A stretch of 63,681 nt of DNA, counting the filler, from Candidatus Woesearchaeota archaeon (GTDB taxonomy: Archaea > Nanobdellota > Nanobdellia > Woesearchaeales > CAZJJJ01), in NCBI GenBank assembly GCA_046538795.1. It is 6 parts of 6 records of this genome, joined end to end, with 100 filler letters (N's around TTAATTAATTAA, not from the genome) between each part and the next. Parts side by side here need not be neighbours in the genome. Positions count along the whole stretch, not along the records: positions 28,539 to 35,705 come from JBKHIF010000068.1; positions 35,806 to 42,878 come from JBKHIF010000069.1; 4 more parts are not named here. One strand, written 5' to 3'. A program made the translations under genes and the position numbers. Shown piece by piece: positions 28,607 through 37,450 of the stretch. Positions within the stretch are counted from its first letter, which is position 1. The number at the start of each line of letters is the position of its first letter. The notes beneath the pieces are model-generated. The model ran no database searches and was not told the DNA's origin. It saw only the letters and a list, made by a program, of their open reading frames with translations.

Positions 28607-29317
28607 ATGAGAATCATCGATGTGTCAATAATGGACAAATTTGATCTTTGTGCATTCGAGTCTGGAAAACTGCGCTATTTTAATGATTATTCTCTTGATG
28701 ATTATCCTTTTGGAGTTCTTGATGAAACCATAGTGCATGCTACAAATCCAGACAATTTAGCATCTATTATTAAAAAACAGAACATTATGCCAAATTCAAT
28801 GTTTAAACAGCATGGAATAAATACCCAAATTGCAATCGCATTTCCTGCGGAAGATAATCACAAAAGAGAAAATGATACAAAAGTGTACTTTTCAATACCA
28901 TTTTCCACAATACCTGAAGACTCAATCAATCTGCATTCAGGATTAAAAAAAGGTTATGACTTTTATGATTTTGACGACAGCCCAGCCTTCAAGATAAAGA
29001 CAGTAAGATTGTATTTCAACAAAAAGATATTTCTCTCATATGTTGGAACAGAAGCAGAAGATCATAATCCTCTTATCATATATACACATGAAGGTCCTTT
29101 TCCTCTAGAAGATATATTAGAAGCAATACTTATACCTCATGAAAATAGATTTATACTAGACGATTTTGAAAATAGATATGATGAAAAAACAATTCTGGTA
29201 AAAGGAATAAAAGAAAATACAGATGCAAGCGATTATATAGCTTACTTAAACTGTGCATATTTCCTGTTCAAAGAAAATATAAAATTAGAAAATCAAAAAA
29301 GAGAAAAATCAGCTTAA
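28607..29317 (+). CDS. Hypothetical protein, possible ADP-ribosyltransferase fold
   Basis: IVHATNPDNLASIIK...KVYFS...FPLEDILEAILIP. Confidence 0.55.
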   Translation: MRIIDVSIMDKFDLCAFESGKLRYFNDYSLDDYPFGVLDETIVHATNPDNLASIIKKQNIMPNSMFKQHGINTQIAIAFPAEDNHKRENDTKVYFSIPFSTIPEDSINLHSGLKKGYDFYDFDDSPAFKIKTVRLYFNKKIFLSYVGTEAEDHNPLIIYTHEGPFPLEDILEAILIPHENRFILDDFENRYDEKTILVKGIKENTDASDYIAYLNCAYFLFKENIKLENQKREKSA

Positions 29318-29328
29318 AATTAAAAAAT

Positions 29329-29526
29329 CTAATATTTCTTGAATTTAGATGCGACATCAATCAGGTCGACGTTGCTTACAAATGCAGATCTGCAACAGTA
29401 TCTCTTAAGTCCAAGGTCATCCATGACTTTCTTAGGCTCTTCACCTTTAGTTGTCCTTTCCTTGTACTCTTCCCAATGCTGAGCGATGGGTTTTCCACAT
29501 GAAAAACATCTTATTGGAATCTGCAC
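29329..29526 (-). CDS. rpoN: RNA polymerase subunit N (Rpo10)
   Basis: IPIRCFSCGK, RYCCR. Confidence 0.96.
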   Translation of the reverse strand: MQIPIRCFSCGKPIAQHWEEYKERTTKGEEPKKVMDDLGLKRYCCRSAFVSNVDLIDVASKFKKY

Positions 29527-29537
29527 TTTTTACACCT

Positions 29538-29951
29538 CTACCTGTATGATTTCTGACGTTTAGCACGAGCCTGACCATGCCTGTTTGGCTTAGCTGGTTC
29601 TTTTCTTCTTACATCTGAAACAAGAAGCTGTCTGTCATAATCTGCGAACATCTGTTCGACATTTTTGTCTTTTGTGAATGCTACAAGTCCCTTGCCGATC
29701 GCAACTCTTGCTGCATCAGCCTGAGAAGAAACGCCTCCACCATTTATTGTGACTGAGATATCGATTTTCTTTGAACCGTCTCCTAAAAGAAGAACAGGCT
29801 CCATTATCCTCTCTTTTGAAAGCTGAGGAGAATATATCTCAATCGGAGTCTTGTTGATTATTACCTTTCCACTGCCAGGCTGGATAGTTGCACGTGCGAC
29901 AGCAGATTTTCTCTTACCGGATGTATGGACAATCTTATTGCTCTTTTTCAT
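29538..29951 (-). CDS. rps9: 30S ribosomal protein S9 (uS9)
   Basis: GKRKSAVARA, GGG.SSQA, QKSYR. Confidence 0.96.
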   Translation of the reverse strand: MKKSNKIVHTSGKRKSAVARATIQPGSGKVIINKTPIEIYSPQLSKERIMEPVLLLGDGSKKIDISVTINGGGVSSQADAARVAIGKGLVAFTKDKNVEQMFADYDRQLLVSDVRRKEPAKPNRHGQARAKRQKSYR

Positions 29952-30367
29952 ATTTTAGCACCAAGTCTGTTTGATAAAGTTTTGATATCAATATATTTCA
30001 ATGAAGGAACCTTTGAGATGTTTGCTTCCTGAAAAGTTTCAAGGTCATGTTCTTTTAATTTTTCAGGAACACCAATATAACACTTTATCCTCTTGAAAGC
30101 ATCTCTTCCTCTGGGCTGCTTGTATGGAAGCATCCCTCTTATGATCCTTCTAAGAAGCTTTTCAGGACTTCTGTGAAGATAAGGACCTTTTCTTGGAACA
30201 CCCATCGAAAACAATCTCTTGTATTTTTCGATGATATCTTCTTTGCTCCCTGTGATTATAGCTTTCTCTGAGTTTACTACTGAAACTTCTTCACCTAGCA
30301 AAGCCATCTTTGCAACTCTTGTTGCAAGTCTTCCTACAATTAAATCATTAGCATCAATAACTTTCAT
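29948..30367 (-). CDS. rpl13: 50S ribosomal protein L13 (uL13)
   Basis: IDA...GRLAT.VAK, IRGMLPYK. Confidence 0.96.
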   Translation of the reverse strand: MKVIDANDLIVGRLATRVAKMALLGEEVSVVNSEKAIITGSKEDIIEKYKRLFSMGVPRKGPYLHRSPEKLLRRIIRGMLPYKQPRGRDAFKRIKCYIGVPEKLKEHDLETFQEANISKVPSLKYIDIKTLSNRLGAKI

Positions 30368-30368
30368 T

Positions 30369-30728
30369 TTAACCCATTATCTTAACGTTTTTTCCTTTTG
30401 GATTTTTCTTAAGCAATTCCGCAAGCGAAATAGCTTTTCCCATCTTGTTGATCTTCTCTTTTGCCTGTTCTGAAAATGTGAACGCAGCAACTGTGACTGA
30501 ATGATCGATATCTCCTGATCCCAAAACTTTGCCAGGAACAACAATTACATCATCCTTTTTTGTAAACCTGTTAAGCTTAGATATGTTCACGAGTCTTCTG
30601 ATCCTGGTAGGTCTTTCAAGATCTGTCGCTATACGCTTCCAGATCTTTACATTCTCTTCAGCAGACTTTTTCTTAAGTTCATCTACAAGTTTTCTAAGGT
30701 TGATATTCGTTGTATATGTCATTTTCAT
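30369..30728 (-). CDS. rpl18e: 50S ribosomal protein L18e
   Basis: VNISKL, VVPGKVLGSG. Confidence 0.95.
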   Translation of the reverse strand: MKMTYTTNINLRKLVDELKKKSAEENVKIWKRIATDLERPTRIRRLVNISKLNRFTKKDDVIVVPGKVLGSGDIDHSVTVAAFTFSEQAKEKINKMGKAISLAELLKKNPKGKNVKIMG

Positions 30729-30779
30729 TTCCGTCTTTGAATATAATTTTTAATTTTTTGTTCCAATATTTTAATATGA

Positions 30780-30909
30780 TGCGGGAGACGAGGTTTGAAC
30801 TCGCGCAGGCACTAAGCCACTAGGCATTTGAAGTTTGGGCTTTTGACCCTGACAATGATTTTTGTCAACTGCCTCAACCTAGCCCGTTTGACCACTCCGG
30901 CACCCCCGC
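30780..30909 (-). tRNA. tRNA-Leu(GAG) with a 46-nt intron at 37/38 (intron 30826-30871)
   Basis: GCGGGGGTGCCGGAGTGGTCAAACGGG-CTAGG-TTGAGG[intron]G-CCTAG, long variable arm, GTTCAAAC; bulge-helix-bulge TTGA/TCAA plus AGTT/AACT. Confidence 0.93.
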
Positions 30910-31005
30910 AAACGAAAGTAAATATTTGCAATATATTCACAAAATCTATTGATTTTGGAATATCAGCAACCTAAGCGAAAGTGTAAGTGTAATGGTCATC
31001 AATTA

Positions 31006-31797
31006 TCATTTCTTTGCTTTTTCAAGCTTGCCTATCTCTTTTGCAAACTCATCTGATGTATCTTTAAGCTTTTCGCATGCAGCAATCACGATCTCTTTAG
31101 GATCAAGCTGGCCCCACGACTCAACGTCAAACACAAAACTGTTTGAATCATAGTTAAAGCTTACAATATCATCACAGACACCCTCGCAAGCATCTGAAAG
31201 CTGATTCTTGATTATAAGATCAGCATCAATCTTTCCGTTCTTGAATACATCCTCAGGATACTTTTCCTTGAATTCTTCAAAATGCTCGGAATCATTGTTC
31301 ACATTTATTTTAAAATCATTAGTGAAATAAACATGAGCAGGTGAATGTTTTGCATGATCTTTTCCATATCCAAGGCTTGCGATTGCCTCAAACTCAAGTT
31401 CCTGGCCTTCCAAAAGCTTTACGATAGGTGTTTTTGGATTTACAGGAACAACCTTTGGATCAGCTGATTTTATCTCTGATGCGTAAACAGTCTTTGGACC
31501 TTTTGCACTCAATGTTAACTTAAGATGTGATTTTGCAAGATATTCTCCTTCAGGCAGATCGGAAGGAGGAACTTCATAGCTTTTAAGATCAGTCTTCAAA
31601 GGAAGAAGGCCAAGCCTATGAGCAATCATCTCATCATAAAGTATCGAGTTGTTTTTTCTGAACTCAACTTCCTGGATTGCCATTGTAGGTACTTTGTTTA
31701 TCATGATGCGCCTAATTGCATTTGCAAATGCTGCATCAGTATCACTCAAAATGAACTTCAAAAAATTTCCTTTTTTATTCACAAGTTCAATTTTCAT
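31006..31797 (-). CDS. rpoD: RNA polymerase subunit D (Rpo3)
   Basis: ANAIRR..VPTMAI, DEMIAHRLGLLP, HAKHSP, VESWGQL; start at MKIELV (31797). Confidence 0.95.
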   Translation of the reverse strand: MKIELVNKKGNFLKFILSDTDAAFANAIRRIMINKVPTMAIQEVEFRKNNSILYDEMIAHRLGLLPLKTDLKSYEVPPSDLPEGEYLAKSHLKLTLSAKGPKTVYASEIKSADPKVVPVNPKTPIVKLLEGQELEFEAIASLGYGKDHAKHSPAHVYFTNDFKINVNNDSEHFEEFKEKYPEDVFKNGKIDADLIIKNQLSDACEGVCDDIVSFNYDSNSFVFDVESWGQLDPKEIVIAACEKLKDTSDEFAKEIGKLEKAKK

Positions 31798-31798
31798 T

Positions 31799-32236
31799 TT
31801 ATACACGCCTACCTCTTTTACCTCCTTTTTTCCTGCAGCCATCATGAGGAACAGGAGTTACATCCTCAATGATTCCGATCTTTAAGCCCTTTCTTGAAAG
31901 AGCTCTTATCGCAGCCTGTGCTCCAGGACCTGGATTGCTTGGACCTTGATGTCCACCAGGGGCCTTAATCTTGACATGGATTCCTGTTATGCCTTTTTCA
32001 TGAGCTGCATCTGCAGCAGTTTTTGCTGCAACCATAGCCGCAGTAGGCGAGGATTCCATCCTGTCAGATTTAACGACCATACCGCCTGAAACCTTTGCAA
32101 TGGTTTCTGTACCGGTTATGTCAGTTATATGGATTATAGTATTATTATAAGATGAATAGATATGAGCAATGCCCCATTTTACATTATCAGCAATCTCTCT
32201 CCTCATAGGTCTTTCTCTTTTTTCTCTAACCTTCAT
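31799..32236 (-). CDS. rps11: 30S ribosomal protein S11 (uS11)
   Basis: [32 protein letters not shown]. Confidence 0.96.
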   Translation of the reverse strand: MKVREKRERPMRREIADNVKWGIAHIYSSYNNTIIHITDITGTETIAKVSGGMVVKSDRMESSPTAAMVAAKTAADAAHEKGITGIHVKIKAPGGHQGPSNPGPGAQAAIRALSRKGLKIGIIEDVTPVPHDGCRKKGGKRGRRV

Positions 32237-32931
32237 TCTGATTCACCTTTTTTTTCTTCAGACTCTTTAGGCTCCTCTGAGTTTTCCTTAGAACTTTCAG
32301 GTTCTTCTGGAGCAGATTCAGACTTTTTTTCTTCAGAATCGTCTGCTTTTTTTTCAGTAGGACTTTCGTCTGATTTTTCAGGAGCTTTTTCCTTGTTTTC
32401 AACAACAGTTGATCTTTCAGGATGATTTGGATCATTCAACGATGAACCAGATGAAAAGCCAATATTTGCCTCTTCTTTTATTCTTACCAAGTATGATGGT
32501 GAAGTTATCTTCTTGCCATTAACAGCAATATGACCATGTGTTATAAACTGTCTTGCCTGATCAACAGATCTTGCAAATCCTTTCTTATACACAAGTGTCT
32601 GAAGTCTTCTTTCAAGCACATCTCTTATCCCAAGTCCAAGCACATCAGACAATGTTGCCCTTAATGATAAAAGACCCAACGAGCTTAATTTATCTATGAA
32701 AGACTTCATCTCCTTTTCTGCCTGGGCTTTTCTCTGGACCTGCTGAAGTTGAGGAGTCAACTTCTTTGACTGATCTGAAAAGCTGCTCAAGACAGAAACC
32801 ATTTTCCAAAGTTCAGTCTTATTCTTAAGCCCGTACTCTTTCAAAAGCTCTCTCTCATTTTCAAGCCTCTGCCTTTGCCAAGGATGTCTTGGTCCTGTGA
32901 ATTTTCGTCTTATTTTTTTTGGATCTCCCAT
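32233..32931 (-). CDS. rps4: 30S ribosomal protein S4 (uS4) with acidic C-terminal tail
   Basis: [27 protein letters not shown]. Confidence 0.96.
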   Translation of the reverse strand: MGDPKKIRRKFTGPRHPWQRQRLENERELLKEYGLKNKTELWKMVSVLSSFSDQSKKLTPQLQQVQRKAQAEKEMKSFIDKLSSLGLLSLRATLSDVLGLGIRDVLERRLQTLVYKKGFARSVDQARQFITHGHIAVNGKKITSPSYLVRIKEEANIGFSSGSSLNDPNHPERSTVVENKEKAPEKSDESPTEKKADDSEEKKSESAPEEPESSKENSEEPKESEEKKGESE

Positions 32932-32965
32932 CTTAATAACCTTTTATAATATAATAGTATCAAAT

Positions 32966-33439
32966 TTATTTCTTACGCTTAACACCAGTAACCTTTCCTT
33001 TATTTCTTCTGAAATTAGATTTTGTTCTCTGTCCTCTTACAGGAAGGTTCCACGCGTGTCTGAGACCTCTGTTTGATTTTATTTTCTTAAGTCTTTTTAT
33101 GTCGCTATCTACAGTAAAATCAAGATCAGAACTTAAAAGATGCATGTCTTTTCCGGTCTCATAATCCTTTCTCCTGTTAAGAAGCCAGGAAGGCATATTA
33201 AATTTTTCAGGATTCCTGATAATCTCTTCGATCTTTGAGATCTCAACATCTGTCAGTTCAGAAGGAGTCTTGTCTCTGTCTATTCCTGCTACAGAAAGAA
33301 CAGCATTAGCAAATACATAACTAACTCCTTTGATCTTAGTAAGTGCAAAAGATATCTTTTTGTCTCCATCAAGATCAGTATTCACTATCCTTACGATATT
33401 TCTTAATTCTTTTTTCTTTGACTGGAATTGTTCTGCCAT
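32966..33439 (-). CDS. rps13: 30S ribosomal protein S13 (uS13)
   Basis: WLLNRRKD, RGLRH..LPVRGQRTKS. Confidence 0.96.
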   Translation of the reverse strand: MAEQFQSKKKELRNIVRIVNTDLDGDKKISFALTKIKGVSYVFANAVLSVAGIDRDKTPSELTDVEISKIEEIIRNPEKFNMPSWLLNRRKDYETGKDMHLLSSDLDFTVDSDIKRLKKIKSNRGLRHAWNLPVRGQRTKSNFRRNKGKVTGVKRKK

Positions 33440-33648
33440 TTTTTATCATCACACAATCATTAAATTGAAATAGCTTAAAAAACCTGTTGTTCAACTTTGT
33501 ACAAGCTCGTAGAAATCAATCACGAGCCCTATTTTCGCTCAAGATGAACTCGGGCCAACAAGCATAATCAACTTGATATTCGACAAAAAACCTGGGTTTA
33601 TATTTAAAGATTTTGGTTTTTTGTAACCATTACACACTATAACCTAAA

Positions 33649-34161
33649 TCATTCATCGCTTTCTTTACGCTCAAGAAGTATATCGTTGACATAGTCAAGA
33701 TAATCCTTAAGTGCTTTGTAATATTCTGTTATAAGATCGATGTCAACAGTAAGAGTATCTGTGTCGCTTAATTCAGCAACCATCCCCACATGCCGCTTGT
33801 ATTCATTTATTATGCTATAATCAACCCTAAGAAGTCTTCTTAAAAGAAGATAAAAATCAATCATCTCATGTATCTTGGAATCATCAGTAAGATTTCTTAA
33901 TTGGTCGCATTTAAGCCCCGGGCTCTTCTGTATTATATCAAGTTCCCCTTTTTCTTTGTAATAATCAAGCATGGCATCAAGGACAAAATTAAAATAATTA
34001 ACCATGCGCTGCACAACGCTTTTTATTACATCAACAGTACGGGTATACTTAAGACTTACAAATATGAGGTGATCTATTCTTTTAAGTTCTTCCAGTGCCT
34101 CGTGCAGGCGTTCATCAATTTCTTTCACTTTCTTCATTCCTCGCGACAATATTTTCGGCAA
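33649..34161 (-). CDS. Hypothetical helical protein, paralog of the upstream gene (start probably 34137)
   Basis: EA...L...DH...V pattern shared with 34115-34606. Confidence 0.7.
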   Translation of the reverse strand: MPKILSRGMKKVKEIDERLHEALEELKRIDHLIFVSLKYTRTVDVIKSVVQRMVNYFNFVLDAMLDYYKEKGELDIIQKSPGLKCDQLRNLTDDSKIHEMIDFYLLLRRLLRVDYSIINEYKRHVGMVAELSDTDTLTVDIDLITEYYKALKDYLDYVNDILLERKESDE

Positions 34162-34606
34162 GTAGATTGAACTGTTTTGCTTTTTTGAGGTAATCTTTTA
34201 TTTCTTCAATGCCAAGCACCTCTAGTTTATAATCATCAGAACAGATGACAAACTGGTCCCGTCTTGAAAATTCTATGGGGCTTCTCTTGTGAGCGACAAG
34301 CACATTTTTCACATGGCGCAGAAAATCCAGTGTTTCCTGTGTTATTCCATACCTCAAAGCTGCCTTCTCTGAAAGCACCCTGTATTTTGATTCAAATGTA
34401 TCAAAAAATGAAGGCACTCTTTTATAGGTCCTTTCATGATAAAGCAAAAGTCTCATTGAATTAGTGAGTGATAAAAACATATTCTCCATAACAGCCAGCA
34501 AAAGCTTAGGATCTTTTATAAGCGGATAAGTTACAAAAAGCATATGGTCTGCGACCTGAATGTTCTTTTTAGCTTCTTTTCCGTATCTCTTGTAGTCTTC
34601 CATCAA
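34115..34606 (-). CDS. Hypothetical helical (HEPN-like) protein
   Basis: EAKKNIQVADHMLFV; helical-bundle periodicity. Confidence 0.7.
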   Translation of the reverse strand: MMEDYKRYGKEAKKNIQVADHMLFVTYPLIKDPKLLLAVMENMFLSLTNSMRLLLYHERTYKRVPSFFDTFESKYRVLSEKAALRYGITQETLDFLRHVKNVLVAHKRSPIEFSRRDQFVICSDDYKLEVLGIEEIKDYLKKAKQFNLLAENIVARNEESERN

Positions 34607-34656
34607 AAAATTGATAATGTTTTGTAATTTTTAAAGTTTGTCAAGCATCAGTTAGA

Positions 34657-35001
34657 TCATTCTTTGTTTTGGAGATTCATTATCGCTTCTGCCAAATCTC
34701 CTTCGGATTCTTCAATAGCCTTTATTGCCTCATCCCTTGAAACATTAGCCTGTTCCATCACGGTTTCAACATCGTCATCGCTTACTTCAGGTTTAGAATC
34801 AAGAGGTCTTTCTGTAGGTTCTCCTACAATCTGATAAGTCTTTTGCCCCATCATATTGACCGCAGAAACCGAAGGGTTCTCAAATCTGATCTCTTTATCT
34901 TTTGTTAGAATAATAACTTCTGTAGCATCTATTTCCTGCTGCTGCACGCCCATCCTCTGCATCATCTGGCGCATCTGCCTTTGATTCATTCCAGGTATCA
35001 T
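34657..35001 (-). CDS. nac: Nascent polypeptide-associated complex protein
   Basis: MNQRQMRQMMQRMG, C-terminal UBA GDLAEAI. Confidence 0.94.
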   Translation of the reverse strand: MIPGMNQRQMRQMMQRMGVQQQEIDATEVIILTKDKEIRFENPSVSAVNMMGQKTYQIVGEPTERPLDSKPEVSDDDVETVMEQANVSRDEAIKAIEESEGDLAEAIMNLQNKE

Positions 35002-35015
35002 AAAATCACTCCCAA

Positions 35016-35192
35016 TTAATTGATTCCAAGCAAAGAAAAACCTGCAAGATGAAGGATGATTTCAATGATTATCACAATTACAACAAGCACGATAACATGC
35101 TCTGGCCTGATCTGTATCTTAGATTTGTAATCATCAAAATATCTTACAATTCCCCCGCCTGATGAAGGCATTCTTATGTTCTCTTTTGCCAT
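35016..35192 (-). CDS. secG: Preprotein translocase Sec61beta/SecG (58 aa, not in the ORF track)
   Basis: MAKENIRMPSSGGGIVRYFDDYKSKIQIRPEHVIVLVVIVIIIEIILHL. Confidence 0.9.
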   Translation of the reverse strand: MAKENIRMPSSGGGIVRYFDDYKSKIQIRPEHVIVLVVIVIIIEIILHLAGFSLLGIN

Positions 35193-35300
35193 ACCCGCTT
35201 CTAGAATTTATTGATATATAAAAAGCTTTTGATAAAGATTATATGAATTCACAACAGGAACAGAAGATAAAATTGATAAAAATATTAAAAAAGAAAAAAA

Positions 35301-35606
35301 GCAGAAAAGCTGTAAGCCGCCTTCTGTAGGACTTCCTTTTTGGAACAGTCCCCTCTGACATTCAACTAAGCCTCCATAAAAGAGTTGCACAAGCCAAGGT
35401 CTCACCGTTTCACTGTCACCTGCAGAACCGTCTGCCTGTTAACTTATCTTCCTCGCAGAAGACTTCAAGGCTTTCATCCTGTCTGCAGGGCAAATTCGTT
35501 TCTGTGTGGTTGCCATTCATTTCTGAATCTTCCTTCCGAAAGTGGCCACAAAAAGTGGGCGGACTTTCCTCACCAAAAAAATGGCGAAAGTCAGACACTT
35601 TCCTGC
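35301..35606 (-). ncRNA. rnpB: RNase P RNA
   Basis: P1 GCAGGAAAG/CTTTTCTGC, CR-I GAGGAAAGTCC, ACAGAAAC, TGAAACGG, CR-V ACAGAAGGCGGCTTA. Confidence 0.93.
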
Positions 35607-35705
35607 AAAATCGTACAGTTTCACAAGAGTTTATTTATAAAGGTTTCGTCTAAAAGACCACAAAATAGAAAGATGCCCAACCTAAACATATAAAAATTAA
35701 GAAAA

Positions 35706-35805
35706 NNNNNNNNNNNNNNNNNNNNNNNNNNNNNNNNNNNNNNNNNNNNTTAATTAATTAANNNNNNNNNNNNNNNNNNNNNNNNNNNNNNNNNNNNNNN
35801 NNNNN
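35706..35805. other. Artificial contig-joining spacer
   Basis: N44-TTAATTAATTAA-N44. Confidence 0.97.
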
Positions 35806-35914
35806 AGTGTTTTAAATAAATTGAAATCCCCATGAAGAAAAAAATAAATATAAAGATCATAAATTTAAGGCAAAAAAAATATCTTGTTATAAATGAATAA
35901 GGGTGCTATCATAA

Positions 35915-36460
35915 ATGTTCTACAACGTTGAAATCAAGGATCACATCAGGGTTCCTCCTGACATGTTTGGATTGTCCAAAGAAGAGTCACTAGTGCAGAA
36001 AATAAAGCACAAATATGAAGGTTTCATTTCAAGGAATATGGGTATTGTTATAGATGTTCTTTCTCTTGGCAAAGTCGGAGAGGGAATTATTGTTCCTGGT
36101 GATGGAGCAGTTTTTTATGAAGTTACGTTTGAACTATTGACTTTTGAACCAGAAATTCAGGAAGTCGTCCTTGGAAGTGTAAAAGATATAGCTGACTTTG
36201 GTGTATTCATGACTATAGGTCCTATTGAGGGCATGATCCATGTTTCTCAGACCATGGATGATTTTGTTTCATTCAGCAAAGATAAAGCTTTGCAGGGCAA
36301 GGATACAAAAAGGACACTTAAGGTCGGAGACAAATGTAAGGCAAGAATAATTGCTGTAAGCTATAAAGATGTAATGAATCCAAAGATTGGTCTTACCATG
36401 AGACAAGGTTCATTAGGCAAACTTGAATGGATACAGGAAGATAAGAACAACAAGAAATGA
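35915..36460 (+). CDS. rpoE1: RNA polymerase subunit E' (Rpo7)
   Basis: IRVPP, PGDGAV, GMIHVSQ, KIGLTMRQ..LGKLEW. Confidence 0.95.
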   Translation: MFYNVEIKDHIRVPPDMFGLSKEESLVQKIKHKYEGFISRNMGIVIDVLSLGKVGEGIIVPGDGAVFYEVTFELLTFEPEIQEVVLGSVKDIADFGVFMTIGPIEGMIHVSQTMDDFVSFSKDKALQGKDTKRTLKVGDKCKARIIAVSYKDVMNPKIGLTMRQGSLGKLEWIQEDKNNKK

Positions 36461-36498
36461 TTTTAATTATAATAATATAAACTATAAAAAAGATTAAA

Positions 36499-36690
36499 AT
36501 GGCAAGACGAACTGTATGTAAGACGAATAAGATGTTTGTGGATGATCCAAATTTCCCAAAGAACATGAAGAATGACCCTACAACAACGATTTTCCAGGGT
36601 AGGATTTATGTCTTTGACCCGAAGAGATCTATTGTGGCTGATAAGACAGGTGCAGAGCTCAAGGGAGAATATGCAATAAAGATAAGATAG
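36499..36690 (+). CDS. spt4: Transcription elongation factor Spt4 (RpoE''), degenerate zinc site
   Basis: Position after rpoE1; FQG.I...DP..S.VA....GEYAIKIR C-terminus. Confidence 0.85.
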   Translation: MARRTVCKTNKMFVDDPNFPKNMKNDPTTTIFQGRIYVFDPKRSIVADKTGAELKGEYAIKIR

Positions 36691-36695
36691 ATTAT

Positions 36696-37019
36696 TTGTC
36701 CGGGGGTTTTAAAATGAATCTTGAAATAATTAAAGAAAAAGATAATCCTTTGTTATCAAGAAAAAGAGTGACTCTTGAAGGTGAATCAGATAGTTCTACT
36801 CCTTCAAGACTTAGCATAAAAGAATTTGTCGCTAAAAAGGTAAAGACAGACTCTTCAAAGATTGCAATCAGGCATGTATATACAGATTATGGCTCAAAAA
36901 AGATAAAAGTCATTGCTCATGTTTATGAGAATGAAGAAGATCTTAAAAATACAGAAGAAAAAAGTTCCATCAAGAGGAACACTCCTCCAAAGAAAGAAGA
37001 AGGAGAGGCTTCTGCTTAA
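36696..37019 (+). CDS. rps24e: 30S ribosomal protein S24e (start probably 36714)
   Basis: NPLLSRKRV, TPSR, VYTDYG. Confidence 0.92.
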   Translation: MSGGFKMNLEIIKEKDNPLLSRKRVTLEGESDSSTPSRLSIKEFVAKKVKTDSSKIAIRHVYTDYGSKKIKVIAHVYENEEDLKNTEEKSSIKRNTPPKKEEGEASA

Positions 37020-37040
37020 ATTGATTAAAGGTGAATTATT

Positions 37041-37229
37041 ATGGCTAAAAAGCAGACCAAAAACAAGGCTCCAAGCAAGAAATATGAAAAATATGACGCT
37101 TCAGGAGATTCTCTTAAGAGAACATCAAAATTTTGCATAAAATGCGGTCCTGGTTTTTTTATGGCAGAACATAAAGATAGATGGACATGCGGAAAATGCG
37201 GCTATACTGAATTCAAGAAAAAAGAATGA
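37041..37229 (+). CDS. rps27ae: 30S ribosomal protein S27ae
   Basis: [22 protein letters not shown]. Confidence 0.95.
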   Translation: MAKKQTKNKAPSKKYEKYDASGDSLKRTSKFCIKCGPGFFMAEHKDRWTCGKCGYTEFKKKE

Positions 37230-37450
37230 TTACATTTTTTTGATATTTTTTCTTTTAGATTTTTCTAAAAATAAAGGACATGATATTAATCCAAATACAG
37301 TTAATAGCCATATAAATGCAAGTATCTTTTGATATTTTGGAGATTCATATCCCCTAAGTCTTATATTTTTATTGAAAATTTCCCTGATGTTGATTCTATA
37401 TTTTATAAGAGATTTTTCTATGGAGTTATCTAATAATAAAGAAATAAGTT

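Noticed and set aside
35208..35693. Three short ORFs (65, 102 and 60 aa)
   Set aside because: They overlap the RNase P RNA gene and are spurious.
37230..37440. Stop-free minus-strand stretch between rps27ae and the coiled-coil gene
   Set aside because: No convincing start codon or motif; it runs antisense into rps27ae.
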